Positions 39,353 to 50,102 of a stretch of DNA of 64,000 nucleotides are shown here, piece after piece. The position numbers and the translations under genes were made by a program. A model generated the notes under the pieces. It worked only from the letters and a program-made list of their open reading frames with translations. It searched no databases and was not told where the DNA came from. This DNA is from Candidatus Micrarchaeia archaeon (GTDB taxonomy: Archaea; Micrarchaeota; Micrarchaeia; CABMEP01): positions 50,369 through 114,368 of the forward strand of contig JAVZXS010000003.1 of NCBI GenBank assembly GCA_038886535.1, written 5' to 3'. The first letter of the stretch is position 1. Each line of letters starts with the position of its first letter.

Positions 39353-42300
39353 ATGCTTATTCTAAGGCATAACTTTTGTAAAATTTTCGCACTATTACTA
39401 TTTTTATTCTCTTTTGTTAGTTTAGTATCTTCTGCATCAGATATATTCATATCTGGAGATTTCAATCATCCGGCTGCATGCAGAGATGTAGACATCAAAT
39501 ATACGATGTCTCTTTATGAGGAGAATTCAAAAGTGACAGGAACTTTCAATGCTTACGGCTACCGTTGTAGAGTAGATTCATTTTATAATTTATTTGATTG
39601 TGTTTGGTCTGGAAGCGGGACAAAATGCGATGTAAAATGTAGAGAAGTAACTCAAGAGGATTTACTCTCTTTGCTAACTACAAGAATAGAATATGTATCT
39701 GGTTCTTTAACTGGAAAGATAGAAAATAATCAGCTGATAGGTTCAATAACTATCAGTGGTCTTGGAAAAATGAATATAGAGGGAGACATAGTGCAAGACA
39801 GTGCATCTGGAAAAATCAGTTTTTCTTCAACATTCAAAAGTGATTTTACTTGCGAGCCAAATGTATATGTTGATGGAACAATGACTGGAACAGGTATTAG
39901 AAGGGAAAGAGTAATGAAAGTGAACGTTCAAGAAGAAAGCATGGTTATAGCAGGGGTTTTCAACACTCCTGATGCATGCAGAAACTTTCCGATACGTTAT
40001 ACTTTGACACTCAATAAAAAAGGAGATAATCTAACAGGTAATTTTTATGGAGAAGCTTGGAAATGTAGTATTTCTGATGATTTTTGTTCTAAAGTTAAAT
40101 GCAGATATGTGTCTTCCAGTAAGTGTGAGCCAGATCCGATAATGGATAGTGAAAGTGTACGTGACTCAATAATTAACAAGAGCGTAGAGATAGTATCTGG
40201 TAGTGTTTCTGGAAATGTTCAAGGTAATAATCTTAATTTAGTTATACATACTCAATTTGGAGATTTGTTCGTATCAGGATCAGTGTCATCAGATCAAAAT
40301 GGAAAGTTAACATTTGCAGGAAATATAGATAGCAGAATTACTTGCGAACCAGGTGTTTATATTGGAGGACCAATTACAGGTGAAGGATTAAAAAATGAAG
40401 TTGGTCTTCGAACCGCAAAACTCGGCGAAAATTGCAGCGATTCGGTCGAATGTGAGGAAGGAGTATGCGCTAATGGAGTTTGCGTTAAGGAACCAACATG
40501 TTCAGGAAATTTAATTTCCTGTGGAGCAAGCTGTTGTCTTTCTTCTCAAACATGTGATGCAACTACAGGCTCATGCGTTCCACAATACTGTAAACCACCT
40601 CTTACACAATGTGGAATTACCTGTGTTGATACAAGATCAAACATCCTAAATTGTGGCAGTTGTGGCACAACTTGTCCTATGGGCACTACCTGTGTTAATT
40701 CTGCTTGCGTAGATATTAATTTACTTATACTTCCAGATAGAACAAATTGTGGAGGTGTTGCATGCAGAGATGATGAGATTTGTTTGAATAATAGATGTAC
40801 AAAATGTGAAGAAAATCAGACAAGATGTGAAAATTCATGTGTTGATCTAAACACAAGCAATGTCAATTGCGGTTCATGTGGAAATGTATGCAAATCTGAT
40901 GAATTTTGTTCAAATGGAGCATGTATTCCTTCATCTTCATGTGTATTGAATTCAATTCAATATATAAGATGTGGAAATGAATGCTGTGACTTAACACAGT
41001 GGTGCGATCCAATCACTATGAAATGTACTCCTAAATTACCTTTGTATGAAAACATAACTCAGTGTGGTCCATTCTTAGCAGATCTATCCTCTGATCCAAA
41101 CAATTGTGGTACATGTTTCAATTCATGCAAGTCGGGAGAATCTTGTATAAATGGCAGATGCAGTGTTTTGGAAACATGTGGGAATGGAAGATGTGGAGAA
41201 AATGAAACGTGCTCAAATTGCCCTCAAGATTGTGGTTCATGTATAGAGACTGGCTGTAGTGGAGAGTACCCAACTCTTTGTGGTGACAAATGTGTAAACA
41301 CTCTTAATGATACAGCAAATTGTGGATTTTGCAACAATAAATGTCAAGCGGATCAGATATGTTTTGAGGGAAATTGTATTGGAGTTCTCAATTCAAATTG
41401 CACAAGTGATAATGATTGTGCATATGGTTCATGCATTGATTCAACATGTCAATTAAGCAATTGTATCATAGATTCTGACTGCAGATCTAATGAATACTGC
41501 AATACAAACTTAGGTGTATGTGACGGAGGATGCATCACTTCACCAGATAATTGCTATGAAATAACAGGTTTGCCAAGCAGTTGCGATCCAGCAACAAGAG
41601 ATTGTATTACATTCTCCTGTCCAGCAGGAACAGTTTTATTTAACAATACATGCCTGCAGATTACATTAGATTCCTGTAACCAAAGCCAAGAATGCAAGAG
41701 CAATATATGTTATAATGGAAACTGTTTATCTACAGATAATCCTATACAACCAACTCAAACAGTTGTTAGTATAGGTAAGCCTGCTTTCGGAAGCTCAGCA
41801 GGAAGAAGATCCTCTCCTCAGCTTTTATCCTTGCAGGAAAATCCTGCTGCATCTGATATCTTTTATTCATTGTTCCAAACCTCAAAGACAAGGCTATTGG
41901 CTTACGATAGCTGCCTTAGAGGTTCTATATGTTCATCATCAGCTGATTGCTGCGGAGCACCATGCTTAGATTCAAGATGCGCATGCTCTAATTCAGCATG
42001 CACAACCACAGCTGATTGCTGTTCAGGATATTGTGAAAATGGAAAATGCAGCTCTGCACCTGCACAAAAACTATCCTTATTCAGCGCATTAACCAGTCCT
42101 AACCTTGGATGTGCAGGCTTGATAGAAGAATGTTCACCAGATGAAAAGACCTGCATTTCACTATGCAACGGAATGTGGCTTCTTCTTGTATTAGTTGCAG
42201 GATCATTCGGTGCATTCACCTGGACAAGATTCAAACATCCAGTTGCAGGATTGGTAGCGGCATTCACTCCAATATTGATTGGAGTTGCATTATATCCATT

Positions 42301-42373
42301 CCTTGGAATTGTTTCAGGAATAATCTTATTCAGTTTACTGATATACAAAGATACTGGAAGTATTGAGGTATAA
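39353..42373 (+). CDS. Large Cys-rich surface protein: duplicated N-terminal beta domain, Stig1/myxobacterial-type Cys repeats, C-terminal TM anchor
   Basis: Signal peptide; four (C)VD-x6-NCGxC-like repeats; CGNGRC..ETCSNCPQDCG; C-terminal hydrophobic helices. Confidence 0.8.
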   Translation: MLILRHNFCKIFALLLFLFSFVSLVSSASDIFISGDFNHPAACRDVDIKYTMSLYEENSKVTGTFNAYGYRCRVDSFYNLFDCVWSGSGTKCDVKCREVTQEDLLSLLTTRIEYVSGSLTGKIENNQLIGSITISGLGKMNIEGDIVQDSASGKISFSSTFKSDFTCEPNVYVDGTMTGTGIRRERVMKVNVQEESMVIAGVFNTPDACRNFPIRYTLTLNKKGDNLTGNFYGEAWKCSISDDFCSKVKCRYVSSSKCEPDPIMDSESVRDSIINKSVEIVSGSVSGNVQGNNLNLVIHTQFGDLFVSGSVSSDQNGKLTFAGNIDSRITCEPGVYIGGPITGEGLKNEVGLRTAKLGENCSDSVECEEGVCANGVCVKEPTCSGNLISCGASCCLSSQTCDATTGSCVPQYCKPPLTQCGITCVDTRSNILNCGSCGTTCPMGTTCVNSACVDINLLILPDRTNCGGVACRDDEICLNNRCTKCEENQTRCENSCVDLNTSNVNCGSCGNVCKSDEFCSNGACIPSSSCVLNSIQYIRCGNECCDLTQWCDPITMKCTPKLPLYENITQCGPFLADLSSDPNNCGTCFNSCKSGESCINGRCSVLETCGNGRCGENETCSNCPQDCGSCIETGCSGEYPTLCGDKCVNTLNDTANCGFCNNKCQADQICFEGNCIGVLNSNCTSDNDCAYGSCIDSTCQLSNCIIDSDCRSNEYCNTNLGVCDGGCITSPDNCYEITGLPSSCDPATRDCITFSCPAGTVLFNNTCLQITLDSCNQSQECKSNICYNGNCLSTDNPIQPTQTVVSIGKPAFGSSAGRRSSPQLLSLQENPAASDIFYSLFQTSKTRLLAYDSCLRGSICSSSADCCGAPCLDSRCACSNSACTTTADCCSGYCENGKCSSAPAQKLSLFSALTSPNLGCAGLIEECSPDEKTCISLCNGMWLLLVLVAGSFGAFTWTRFKHPVAGLVAAFTPILIGVALYPFLGIVSGIILFSLLIYKDTGSIEV

Positions 42374-43031
42374 TGGTGGTAGTATGAAATTTAAATTATC
42401 AGATTTTGCAGGATTTAATAAGATTTTATTTTTGCTATTATTGATTATTCCTTTCATCCTTTCAATTTCTCAGCTAGGAGAGAAATGTCAATTTAGTAGG
42501 GATTGTGCTGAGGGTTACTGTATAAATGAGACATGCAAGATTCCGGGAGTTTTAGAAAAATACTACACTGCAGGAGAATGTAATTCAACAATGGATTGCA
42601 CAAATGGATTTTGTTACCAAAACCAATGCATAATACCTACAAGAGATCCTTCAGTTACTCCTTTGGGATCAGGACTTTCTAACAGCTGCGCAGGTATAAT
42701 TGAAAACTGCACTGGAATAATATGTATTTTCTGTAATGCAACTTGGATAATTCTGCTATTAGCTGCAGCGATGGCTGCCTTCATAGCAAGATCAAAAGGA
42801 AGAATAACTCCAATTATATTAATTGCAGTACCTGTTCTTTCTGGAATAATATTTTTCCCATTCATAGGGTCAATAATTGCATTGCTTGAATTAGTGTTGC
42901 TTGCGTTTGTTAAGCCAGCTGCAATTAGAACTGGAATACAGGATATACTTAAGATAATAAAGAAACAACCAGTTCAAGAAAGAAAGGAAGAACTAAAAGA
43001 TAAAGATAAGCCAAAAGAAGGAGAAGAATGA
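42363..43031 (+). CDS. Small Cys-rich membrane protein paralogous to the C-terminus of the upstream protein
   Basis: CAGIIENC...CIFCNATWIILL matches CAGLIEEC...CISLCNGMWLLL. Confidence 0.75.
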   Translation: MRYNGGSMKFKLSDFAGFNKILFLLLLIIPFILSISQLGEKCQFSRDCAEGYCINETCKIPGVLEKYYTAGECNSTMDCTNGFCYQNQCIIPTRDPSVTPLGSGLSNSCAGIIENCTGIICIFCNATWIILLLAAAMAAFIARSKGRITPIILIAVPVLSGIIFFPFIGSIIALLELVLLAFVKPAAIRTGIQDILKIIKKQPVQERKEELKDKDKPKEGEE

Positions 43032-43191
43032 AGCAGCTTCCTTTTGATTAATTTTTGTATTTTATTTTTACTTTTCTCATGTTCCTAATGTCTTTATCCA
43101 CACGCTAAGTGATAGCAATTTAAATTTAATTTCCTTATATTAATTGCTGTTTTAGATATTATAATTAGTCATATTAAAGAGGTAAGATAAT

Positions 43192-45762
43192 ATGGATCCA
43201 GTTTCAGAAAAATGGCAAAAAGAATGGAATGAAGCAAAGATATTTCATGCATTAAGGTCTGACAAGCCTAAGTTTTATCTCGTGTTCGCTTATCCAACTG
43301 TTTCTGGAACTCTACATATAGGTCATGCAAGAAGCTATTCAATTCCAGATATAATTGCAAGATATAAAAGAATGAAAGGATACAATGTTTTCTTTCCATT
43401 AGGTTTTCATGCAACTGGGGTGGATTGTGCAAAAATATATGAAGAATGCAAGGCTGATTACAAAAAAGGAGCAAAGAAATATGGAATTGAAGAGGAGGCT
43501 GCAAAGAAATTTACCTCACCATTGGATGTTGACAAGTATCTTGAAAAGAGAATTATAAATGCATTCAAGAGGCTCGGCTTAAGCATCGATGAGAGTACAG
43601 CAACATCTACTATAGATCCACATTACAATAAATTCATACAATGGCAATATAGGAGACTCAATTCTCTTGGTCTTTTAAAGCAAGGAGATTATGTTCTTCC
43701 TTATTGCAATGAATGCCAGCAAGTAATTAGCATTGATGCTGCTCAGGCAGAGATTGCAGAGGGAGAGGATGCGGAAGTAAAGGAATACGAAGTAATCAAG
43801 TTCAAGGATGAGAAAGGAACAATATATCCAATTGCAACTTTAAGACCTGAAACTATTTTTGGTGTTACAAATCTTTGGGTAAATCCAGATTCTTACTATG
43901 TAGAGGCAAAGGTCGATAGTGAAACATGGATAATTTCTGAGCATGCTGTTGAAAAATTTGTGAACCTAGGAAAGAAAATAGAGATTAAAAGAAAGATCAA
44001 GGGAGAACAGCTTAAGGATATATCTGTAATAAATCCTGCAAATGGAAAGAGCGTAAAGATAATACCTGCAACATTTGTTGACTCGTCTGAAGCAACAGGA
44101 GTTGTAATGAGCGTTCCTGCGCATGATCCATATGATTACATGCATTACAAAGAAGCAACAAATGCTGAAGATTCTACAATTCCTTTTGTTGTGGACATGC
44201 ATCTTGATGGAATTCCAAGTGCAGTTATATTGAAGAAACATAATGGAGATGCTGAGGCAGCTGTAAAAGAGCTTTACAAGCTTGAATATAGGGGAACAAT
44301 AAGAAAAGACATTCCAGTAATTGGAGGGATGCCGACTGCAAAGGCAAAGGATGCAATTATATCCTATCTTTCTGAAAAAGGAGTCACAGACAAGATATAT
44401 GAATTTACAGTAAAGCAGGTTAAGGATAGATTCGGACATCCGGTAGTAATAAAGAAAATATCTGGCCAATGGTTTGTAAATTATGCTAACAAGCAATGGA
44501 AGGAATTGGCAAAAGAATGCATAGATCAGATGAATACCTATCCTCCAGAATATAAGAAGGAACTTCCATCTATAATAGATTGGTTGAGAGAGAGACCTCT
44601 TATTAGAAAAAGAGGGCTTGGAACAGAATTTCCATTTGCTAAGGGTTGGGTAATTGAGGCACTTTCTGATTCCACAATCTACATGGCATTCTATGTGGTT
44701 TCAAGAGCAATAAATACTGGCAAGCTTAAAGTTGATGAAATAGACGATGCTTTCTTTGATTACATCTATCTTGGGAAAGAAGGAAATCTTAAGTGCAGCA
44801 AAGAGGTAGCGGAAGAAATCAGGAAAGATTTTGAGTACTTCTATCCTCTTGATTTGAATTTCGGAGGAAAAGAGCACAAGACTGTTCATTTCCCATTCTT
44901 TATATTCCATCACGCTGCAATATTTGAAAGAAGATTCTGGCCCAAGGGAATTTTTGTTAACTGGCATCTTATTGTTGAAGGAGAAAAAATGTCAAAGAGC
45001 AAGGGCAATGTTGTATTTTGGGATGATGCGATAGACAAATATGGGCCGGATGCGATAAGATTCTATATGGCGCATGGAACAAACCAATGGAATGACTTTG
45101 ACTGGAAGAGTGCGGAAATGGATAGATACTATGCACACCTTGAAAATCTTAAGAAATTATTTGATGACTTGATAGAGTCAGCAGACAGTGGTAAAAGCAA
45201 TGCTGAGATAAATAAGTGGGGAGAAACAATATTTGCAAAGAGATTAAAGATGATTGAAACAGAGCTTGAAAGGTATGAGATTAGAAATGCAGCTTCGATT
45301 GCATTCTTTGAGATAAAGAATGATATTCAATGGCTAAAATCAAGAGGAGGAAATGTCAGCAAGGAATTGCTTGGAAATTGGCTTAAGATTCTTTCTCCAT
45401 TCATCCCGCATACAGCGGAGGAGTATTGGCATAAGCTTGGAAACAACACTCTTATAAGTTCAGAAAAATGGCCAGTAGTGGAAGAGCCAGATCAATCAAT
45501 ACTTAAGGCAGAAGAGGAAATAAGAACTATGGTGGATGACTTGAATAATTTAACTAGGATTATGAAGGAGAAAAAAACAAAATTATATGTCTATAGCATG
45601 CCTAATGAAGTTCAATACATCAAAAATGCAGCTGAATTCATAAAAGACAGATTTAACTTTGATAATGTAATAATTTATTCTGTTGCAGATAAAGAAAAAT
45701 ACGATCCTTTGAACAAGGCAAGCAAAGCAAAGCCAGGCAAGCCTGCAATCTATCTTGAGTAG
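43192..45762 (+). CDS. leuS: Leucine--tRNA ligase, archaeal type
   Basis: LHIGH, ATLRPETIFG (CP1 editing domain), SVPAHDPYD, LSDSTIY, KMSKS, C-terminal KPAIYLE. Confidence 0.95.
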   Translation: MDPVSEKWQKEWNEAKIFHALRSDKPKFYLVFAYPTVSGTLHIGHARSYSIPDIIARYKRMKGYNVFFPLGFHATGVDCAKIYEECKADYKKGAKKYGIEEEAAKKFTSPLDVDKYLEKRIINAFKRLGLSIDESTATSTIDPHYNKFIQWQYRRLNSLGLLKQGDYVLPYCNECQQVISIDAAQAEIAEGEDAEVKEYEVIKFKDEKGTIYPIATLRPETIFGVTNLWVNPDSYYVEAKVDSETWIISEHAVEKFVNLGKKIEIKRKIKGEQLKDISVINPANGKSVKIIPATFVDSSEATGVVMSVPAHDPYDYMHYKEATNAEDSTIPFVVDMHLDGIPSAVILKKHNGDAEAAVKELYKLEYRGTIRKDIPVIGGMPTAKAKDAIISYLSEKGVTDKIYEFTVKQVKDRFGHPVVIKKISGQWFVNYANKQWKELAKECIDQMNTYPPEYKKELPSIIDWLRERPLIRKRGLGTEFPFAKGWVIEALSDSTIYMAFYVVSRAINTGKLKVDEIDDAFFDYIYLGKEGNLKCSKEVAEEIRKDFEYFYPLDLNFGGKEHKTVHFPFFIFHHAAIFERRFWPKGIFVNWHLIVEGEKMSKSKGNVVFWDDAIDKYGPDAIRFYMAHGTNQWNDFDWKSAEMDRYYAHLENLKKLFDDLIESADSGKSNAEINKWGETIFAKRLKMIETELERYEIRNAASIAFFEIKNDIQWLKSRGGNVSKELLGNWLKILSPFIPHTAEEYWHKLGNNTLISSEKWPVVEEPDQSILKAEEEIRTMVDDLNNLTRIMKEKKTKLYVYSMPNEVQYIKNAAEFIKDRFNFDNVIIYSVADKEKYDPLNKASKAKPGKPAIYLE

Positions 45763-45815
45763 ATTGGAAATTCAACGTTATAAATTTATGTATTTAATTA
45801 AAATAATGTTCTATA

Positions 45816-46244
45816 GTGCTTAAAAGTGAGAAAATGACCTTGAAAATCTATTTATTGTCCTTTGCACTCTTGTTTGCATTTTTAATTCAAGGATGCATTC
45901 AGACTCAAGATAGAACCCAAACAAACATTTCAGTTGAGAATCTTACTAAAGATGCAGAAGTGGTAAAAAATGATTCTGTAGGGATCCAAACTGTTGAACC
46001 TAAAAATATTGTCTATATCAGAAACTTTGCATTTTCACCACAAGTTATCGAAATCAATGTAGGAGAATCTGTCACTTGGATAAATCAAGATTCTGTATTC
46101 CATACTGCCACTGCCAGCGGGGTTTTTGATTCAGGTATGTTAGGGAATGGAGAGCAGTTTACATTTACATTTACAAATATTGGCGAATTCGATTACATAT
46201 GTAGGCCTCATCCTTATATGAAAGGAAAAGTTATAGTGAGATAA
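45816..46244 (+). CDS. Cupredoxin (plastocyanin/amicyanin-like) lipoprotein
   Basis: Lipobox IQGC; type-1 Cu ligands H...C-R-P-H-P-Y-M. Confidence 0.9.
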   Translation: MLKSEKMTLKIYLLSFALLFAFLIQGCIQTQDRTQTNISVENLTKDAEVVKNDSVGIQTVEPKNIVYIRNFAFSPQVIEINVGESVTWINQDSVFHTATASGVFDSGMLGNGEQFTFTFTNIGEFDYICRPHPYMKGKVIVR

Positions 46245-46464
46245 ATGTTTGAGAGTATAACATACTATACTATATTCGGAAAGCCTTTTGGAGCTTGGAT
46301 TGGAATACTTGCATTAGTTTCAATAATCATTACCGGCTTGATAGCCTTTCTGAATAAAAGAGGATTATTCAATATCAATGGGATGGCATTACAGATTTGG
46401 TGCTACATCAATTATCCTGGCATTTATTCACGGAATCCTAATGCTTCTTGCAGGTATCAATTAA
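46245..46464 (+). pseudogene. Frameshifted small two-TM membrane protein with two His residues (heme-binding-like)
   Basis: After NKRGLFN (about 46373) an alternative frame reads SMGWHYRFGATSIILAFIHGILMLLAGIN*. Confidence 0.6.
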
Positions 46465-46571
46465 ACAACCATCTTTGCAACAGAAAAGAATAGTAGAAGA
46501 TTGTAAAAAAGAACATGATTTTAAGTAGATATTGTATGCTCTGCGTCGCCATACTACTCGGCGTGGATTCT

Positions 46572-46824
46572 ATGGAAAAGATAAAATAATTAAAAATGGT
46601 CCATATGTTGTTTCAGGGAACATCCCTTTGTATAAAGAGATGGCAATTGCAGGAAATGAGGAATCCCGGAATTCTGGAAAAAGGGAGAGGAATTTTCAAG
46701 AATGGAAACATATTCGTTGTGCAGATGCGGAAAATCAAAGAACAAGCCTTTCTGCGATGGAAGCCATGTGAATGAGAAATTTAAAGATGGAGATCCGAAT
46801 CTTAAGGATTCAAATAAGTTGTAA
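46572..46824 (+). pseudogene. Frameshifted CDGSH iron-sulfur domain protein
   Basis: MEKIK / IIKNGPYVVSG..., then a shifted frame YSLCRCGKSKNKPFCDGSH; two frameshifts. Confidence 0.85.
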
Positions 46825-47374
46825 TGGCTGTAACATCATGCCTATAATTAAAAGCTTTAAATAGACTGAACATGCTTATTATTTATGGCAAATGATGTTA
46901 GTAATCAACCAAATAAATCTGGAAGTAAGAATCCAGGGTTTGAGGGTTTGATGCTTAAACGCACAAATGAAAAAGAAAAATTATATACCAAGTTGTACTC
47001 TTCAAAGATTTTATCAACATTTCAATTTGTGCACTCTGTTGCATAAAAGAGTTTCATTTCCAAAAAAATACCGATAGTGTTGCACATAGTCATAGTGATA
47101 ACGATTCTAAGACTAAATTTAAAGGGCATTTCGGAGAAAAATTGGGAAATGATTCCGAAGATGATGAGGAAGAAGGGTCTGAATAATTGTCATCATTAAG
47201 AATCAAATAGCATTTTGTCGCCGAGTATAATAAGTGTTCTAACATTCAAATGAAGAGGCGTAATATTTAACATTTCTATTTATAAATGAAATAAGTCTAT
47301 AATTTTAGAGCGTTACCAGAGACTCGTCATCTAAATTTCTATTTAAAAATATTATCTAAATATATTCATTTATA

Positions 47375-48362
47375 GCATCATTAATAGAGGTAAAAACCTA
47401 ACAAAAGAATACATTTTTACTGAGAGGGAAGAAGGATTAAAGAGCGCATTGAAGTCACCCATTAAGCCAAAAGAAAAGAAAGTCGTCGCATTAGATAATA
47501 TAAGCTTCACAATAAATGAAGGAGGATTTGTTGGCATAATAGGACCAAATGGTGCAGGAAAGAGCACGCTGGTAAAGACATTGGCAGGTATTCTCACCCC
47601 TACAAAGGGAACAGTAGTTGTCAATTCAAAAATTCCCTTTGAAGAAAGGATTGAAAATGCAAAGATCATCGGTGTTGTTTTTGGAAACAGGAGCAAACTA
47701 GAATGGGATTTGCCAGTTATCGATACATTTAAACTTTTAAAGTCTATTTATAGAATTTCAGATAAAACTTATGAAGAGAACTTTAACAAATTAATCGATC
47801 GTTTAAAAATAAAAGAGCTTTTGTATAAGCCTGTTCGTGGCCTTTCATTGGGTCAAAGAATAAAATGCGAAATAGCTACCGCCTTCCTACACGATCCAAA
47901 AATCGTTTATCTTGACGAGCCAACCATAGGATTGGATATCTTTTCAAAGGAAGAGATCCATAAATTCCTTTTAAAAATAAATAGAGAGAAAAAGCAACGA
48001 TTCTGCTTACAACCCATGATATGAAAGTATATCTAAGCTATGCAAGAGAGTAATTTTGCTAAACAAGTGCAAAAATTATATATGATGGACCGATCCAAAA
48101 GCTTAAATCAAAATTCGAAAAAAAGAATGGTTACTTTCTTGTTTACTAGCAAGATTGATAGGACGAGTAAAAGATAAAAAAGCTAGCAAAAGATCCGGCA
48201 ATTGAAATTGTAGATTCGAAAGATAATGAACTTAAAGTAGTCTTAAATCTAATAAAAATAAATATTAAGGATTTCATAAAAAAAATTCTGGACAAATATG
48301 AGGTAGTTGATGTAAGGGTAGAAGATCTCGAACTAGAAGAAATCATCAAGACGATATATTAG
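47375..48362 (+). pseudogene. ABC exporter ATP-binding subunit with multiple frameshifts
   Basis: GPNGAGKST, LSLGQR and LDEPT are intact, but IEVK/NLTKEY, ATILLTTHDM, LCKRVILL, IIYDG and LEEIIKTIY lie in different frames. Confidence 0.85.
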
Positions 48363-48372
48363 GAGAGGTAAT

Positions 48373-49179
48373 ATGCTCAATCTTACAACTTATTTGAGTA
48401 TATCTAGAACACGTTTTCTTTCAAATATAACATAGAGATGGATAACATTTGGAAAGATGCTTGCGTTTTTAGTTCAAATGTTTATCGTTTTTTATTTATG
48501 GAATTCTATATTTGCATGGAATAAAGTAGACGAGATAAACGGTTTTACTCTATCTCAATTAGTTACATATGGTATCGTTGCACTTTTTATTAGCAATATC
48601 TGTATTACTTGGCTAGACAGTGAAATTGATTTACTTATTAATACTGGGGATATACTCATGAAGTTAATAAATCCTATAAAGTTGAATGTTTATTTATTTT
48701 ATATTTTTCGTTCGGATTTTATCTTTTCTATTTTTACTATTGGTCTGCCAGGTTTACTTCTTTCCATATTTGTGCTAAACATTTCTTTCCTTGATTTGCT
48801 AATTATCTTTGTATTTATTATCAGTCTTATCCTAGCCGCTTTAATCAACTTTTTCATAGATATATTTTCAGGAGGTCTTTCATTTTGGACAAAGGAGAAT
48901 ATCTATGGATTTAGAATGATGAAATCGTTTTTATTCACGCTTTTCGGGGGTTCATTTATTCCTTTAGTATTCTTTCCACAATGGTTCCAAACCATTGCGT
49001 ACCTGCTTCCATTTCAAGCAGCATATAATCTGCCATTATTAATTTACATTGGTAAGATACAAGGTTTTGAGATTATAACTTCTATTTTACTTCAGTTGTT
49101 TTGGGTAATTGTTTTGTATTTCACTAGCTCGATCTATCTAGAGAAATCAATAAAAAGATTTGAAGCATTCGGTGGATGA
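48373..49179 (+). pseudogene. ABC-2 (DUF990-type) permease with a premature TAG
   Basis: ATG 48373 after a GGAGAGG SD is in frame; TAG at 48433 replaces the Tyr of the YR motif (compare AAYR in the neighbouring permease). Confidence 0.7.
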
Positions 49180-49997
49180 TCATGAAATATTCAAATTTAT
49201 TTGTAGATTTAATCGACTCAATAAATCTGTATTTTAAATTTCTTAAGCTATCGCTCCTTAGGTTGGCAGCATATAGACTAAGCTTTTTTTCTCTGGTGTT
49301 TGCATCTTTTCTCAATCAAATAGGTTCTGTTTTTCTACTTTGGGTGCTGTTGAATTCTATTCTAGAGATTAATGGATGGGGATTCGCTGAACTGCTTTTA
49401 TTGAATGGAACAGCTTCTTTATCGATAAACATTTTTGAATACTTTTTTTCATCTTTACAATTAATGGGAAGCTATATTCAAAAAGGAAAGCTAGATTTCA
49501 TTCTTGTTAGGCCTAGGAATGAGGTTTTCCAAATTATGATGAATCGTATCAACGTTGAAGACATAGCAAGTCCAATTTTTTCAATTGCTAAAATTTTAAT
49601 AGCATTCTCATTGCTAAATATTACTCTTGGGTCTGTTGATTTGCTTATGTTTCTTTTGTTGTTGGCATGCGGAATTGTTACAATATTCTCAATTGTACTT
49701 TTTATATCCTCATTATCTTTTTTCTTCTTTGGAATTCATTATATCTTATATTCTTTTTTTGACATTCTTGAGATGTTGAAGTATCCTATTGAAATATATG
49801 GAAGCATAGTAACTGTGTTATTTACTTTTGTACTTCCTTTTGCATTTGCTTCATACTACCCAGTTGAATTTATTTTAGGAAAAGGAATCAATAAAGAATT
49901 TATCTGGCTCAGTCCAATAGTTGCAGTTATATCATTCTTAATTGCTTATAATTTATTTAAAATGGGACTTAAACACTATAATTCTACCGGAAGCTAA
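49176..49997 (+). CDS. ABC-2 (DUF990-type) permease
   Basis: AYRLSF, INGW, GKLDFILVRP, KYPIEIY, YNSTGS. Confidence 0.85.
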   Translation: MIMKYSNLFVDLIDSINLYFKFLKLSLLRLAAYRLSFFSLVFASFLNQIGSVFLLWVLLNSILEINGWGFAELLLLNGTASLSINIFEYFFSSLQLMGSYIQKGKLDFILVRPRNEVFQIMMNRINVEDIASPIFSIAKILIAFSLLNITLGSVDLLMFLLLLACGIVTIFSIVLFISSLSFFFFGIHYILYSFFDILEMLKYPIEIYGSIVTVLFTFVLPFAFASYYPVEFILGKGINKEFIWLSPIVAVISFLIAYNLFKMGLKHYNSTGS

Positions 49998-50102
49998 ATG
50001 GGGTGAGTGGCATAGAAAATACGTATAGAAAACAAATACATATTGCTTAAATATTCATAGATTTGTGGGGTAAAATCGCTTTGCTACTTACGAATTGCTT
50101 TG

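Noticed and set aside
47160..47200. ATGATGA...CTGA C/D-box sRNA-like motif
   Set aside because: No second C'/D pair; more likely the acidic tail of a decayed ORF
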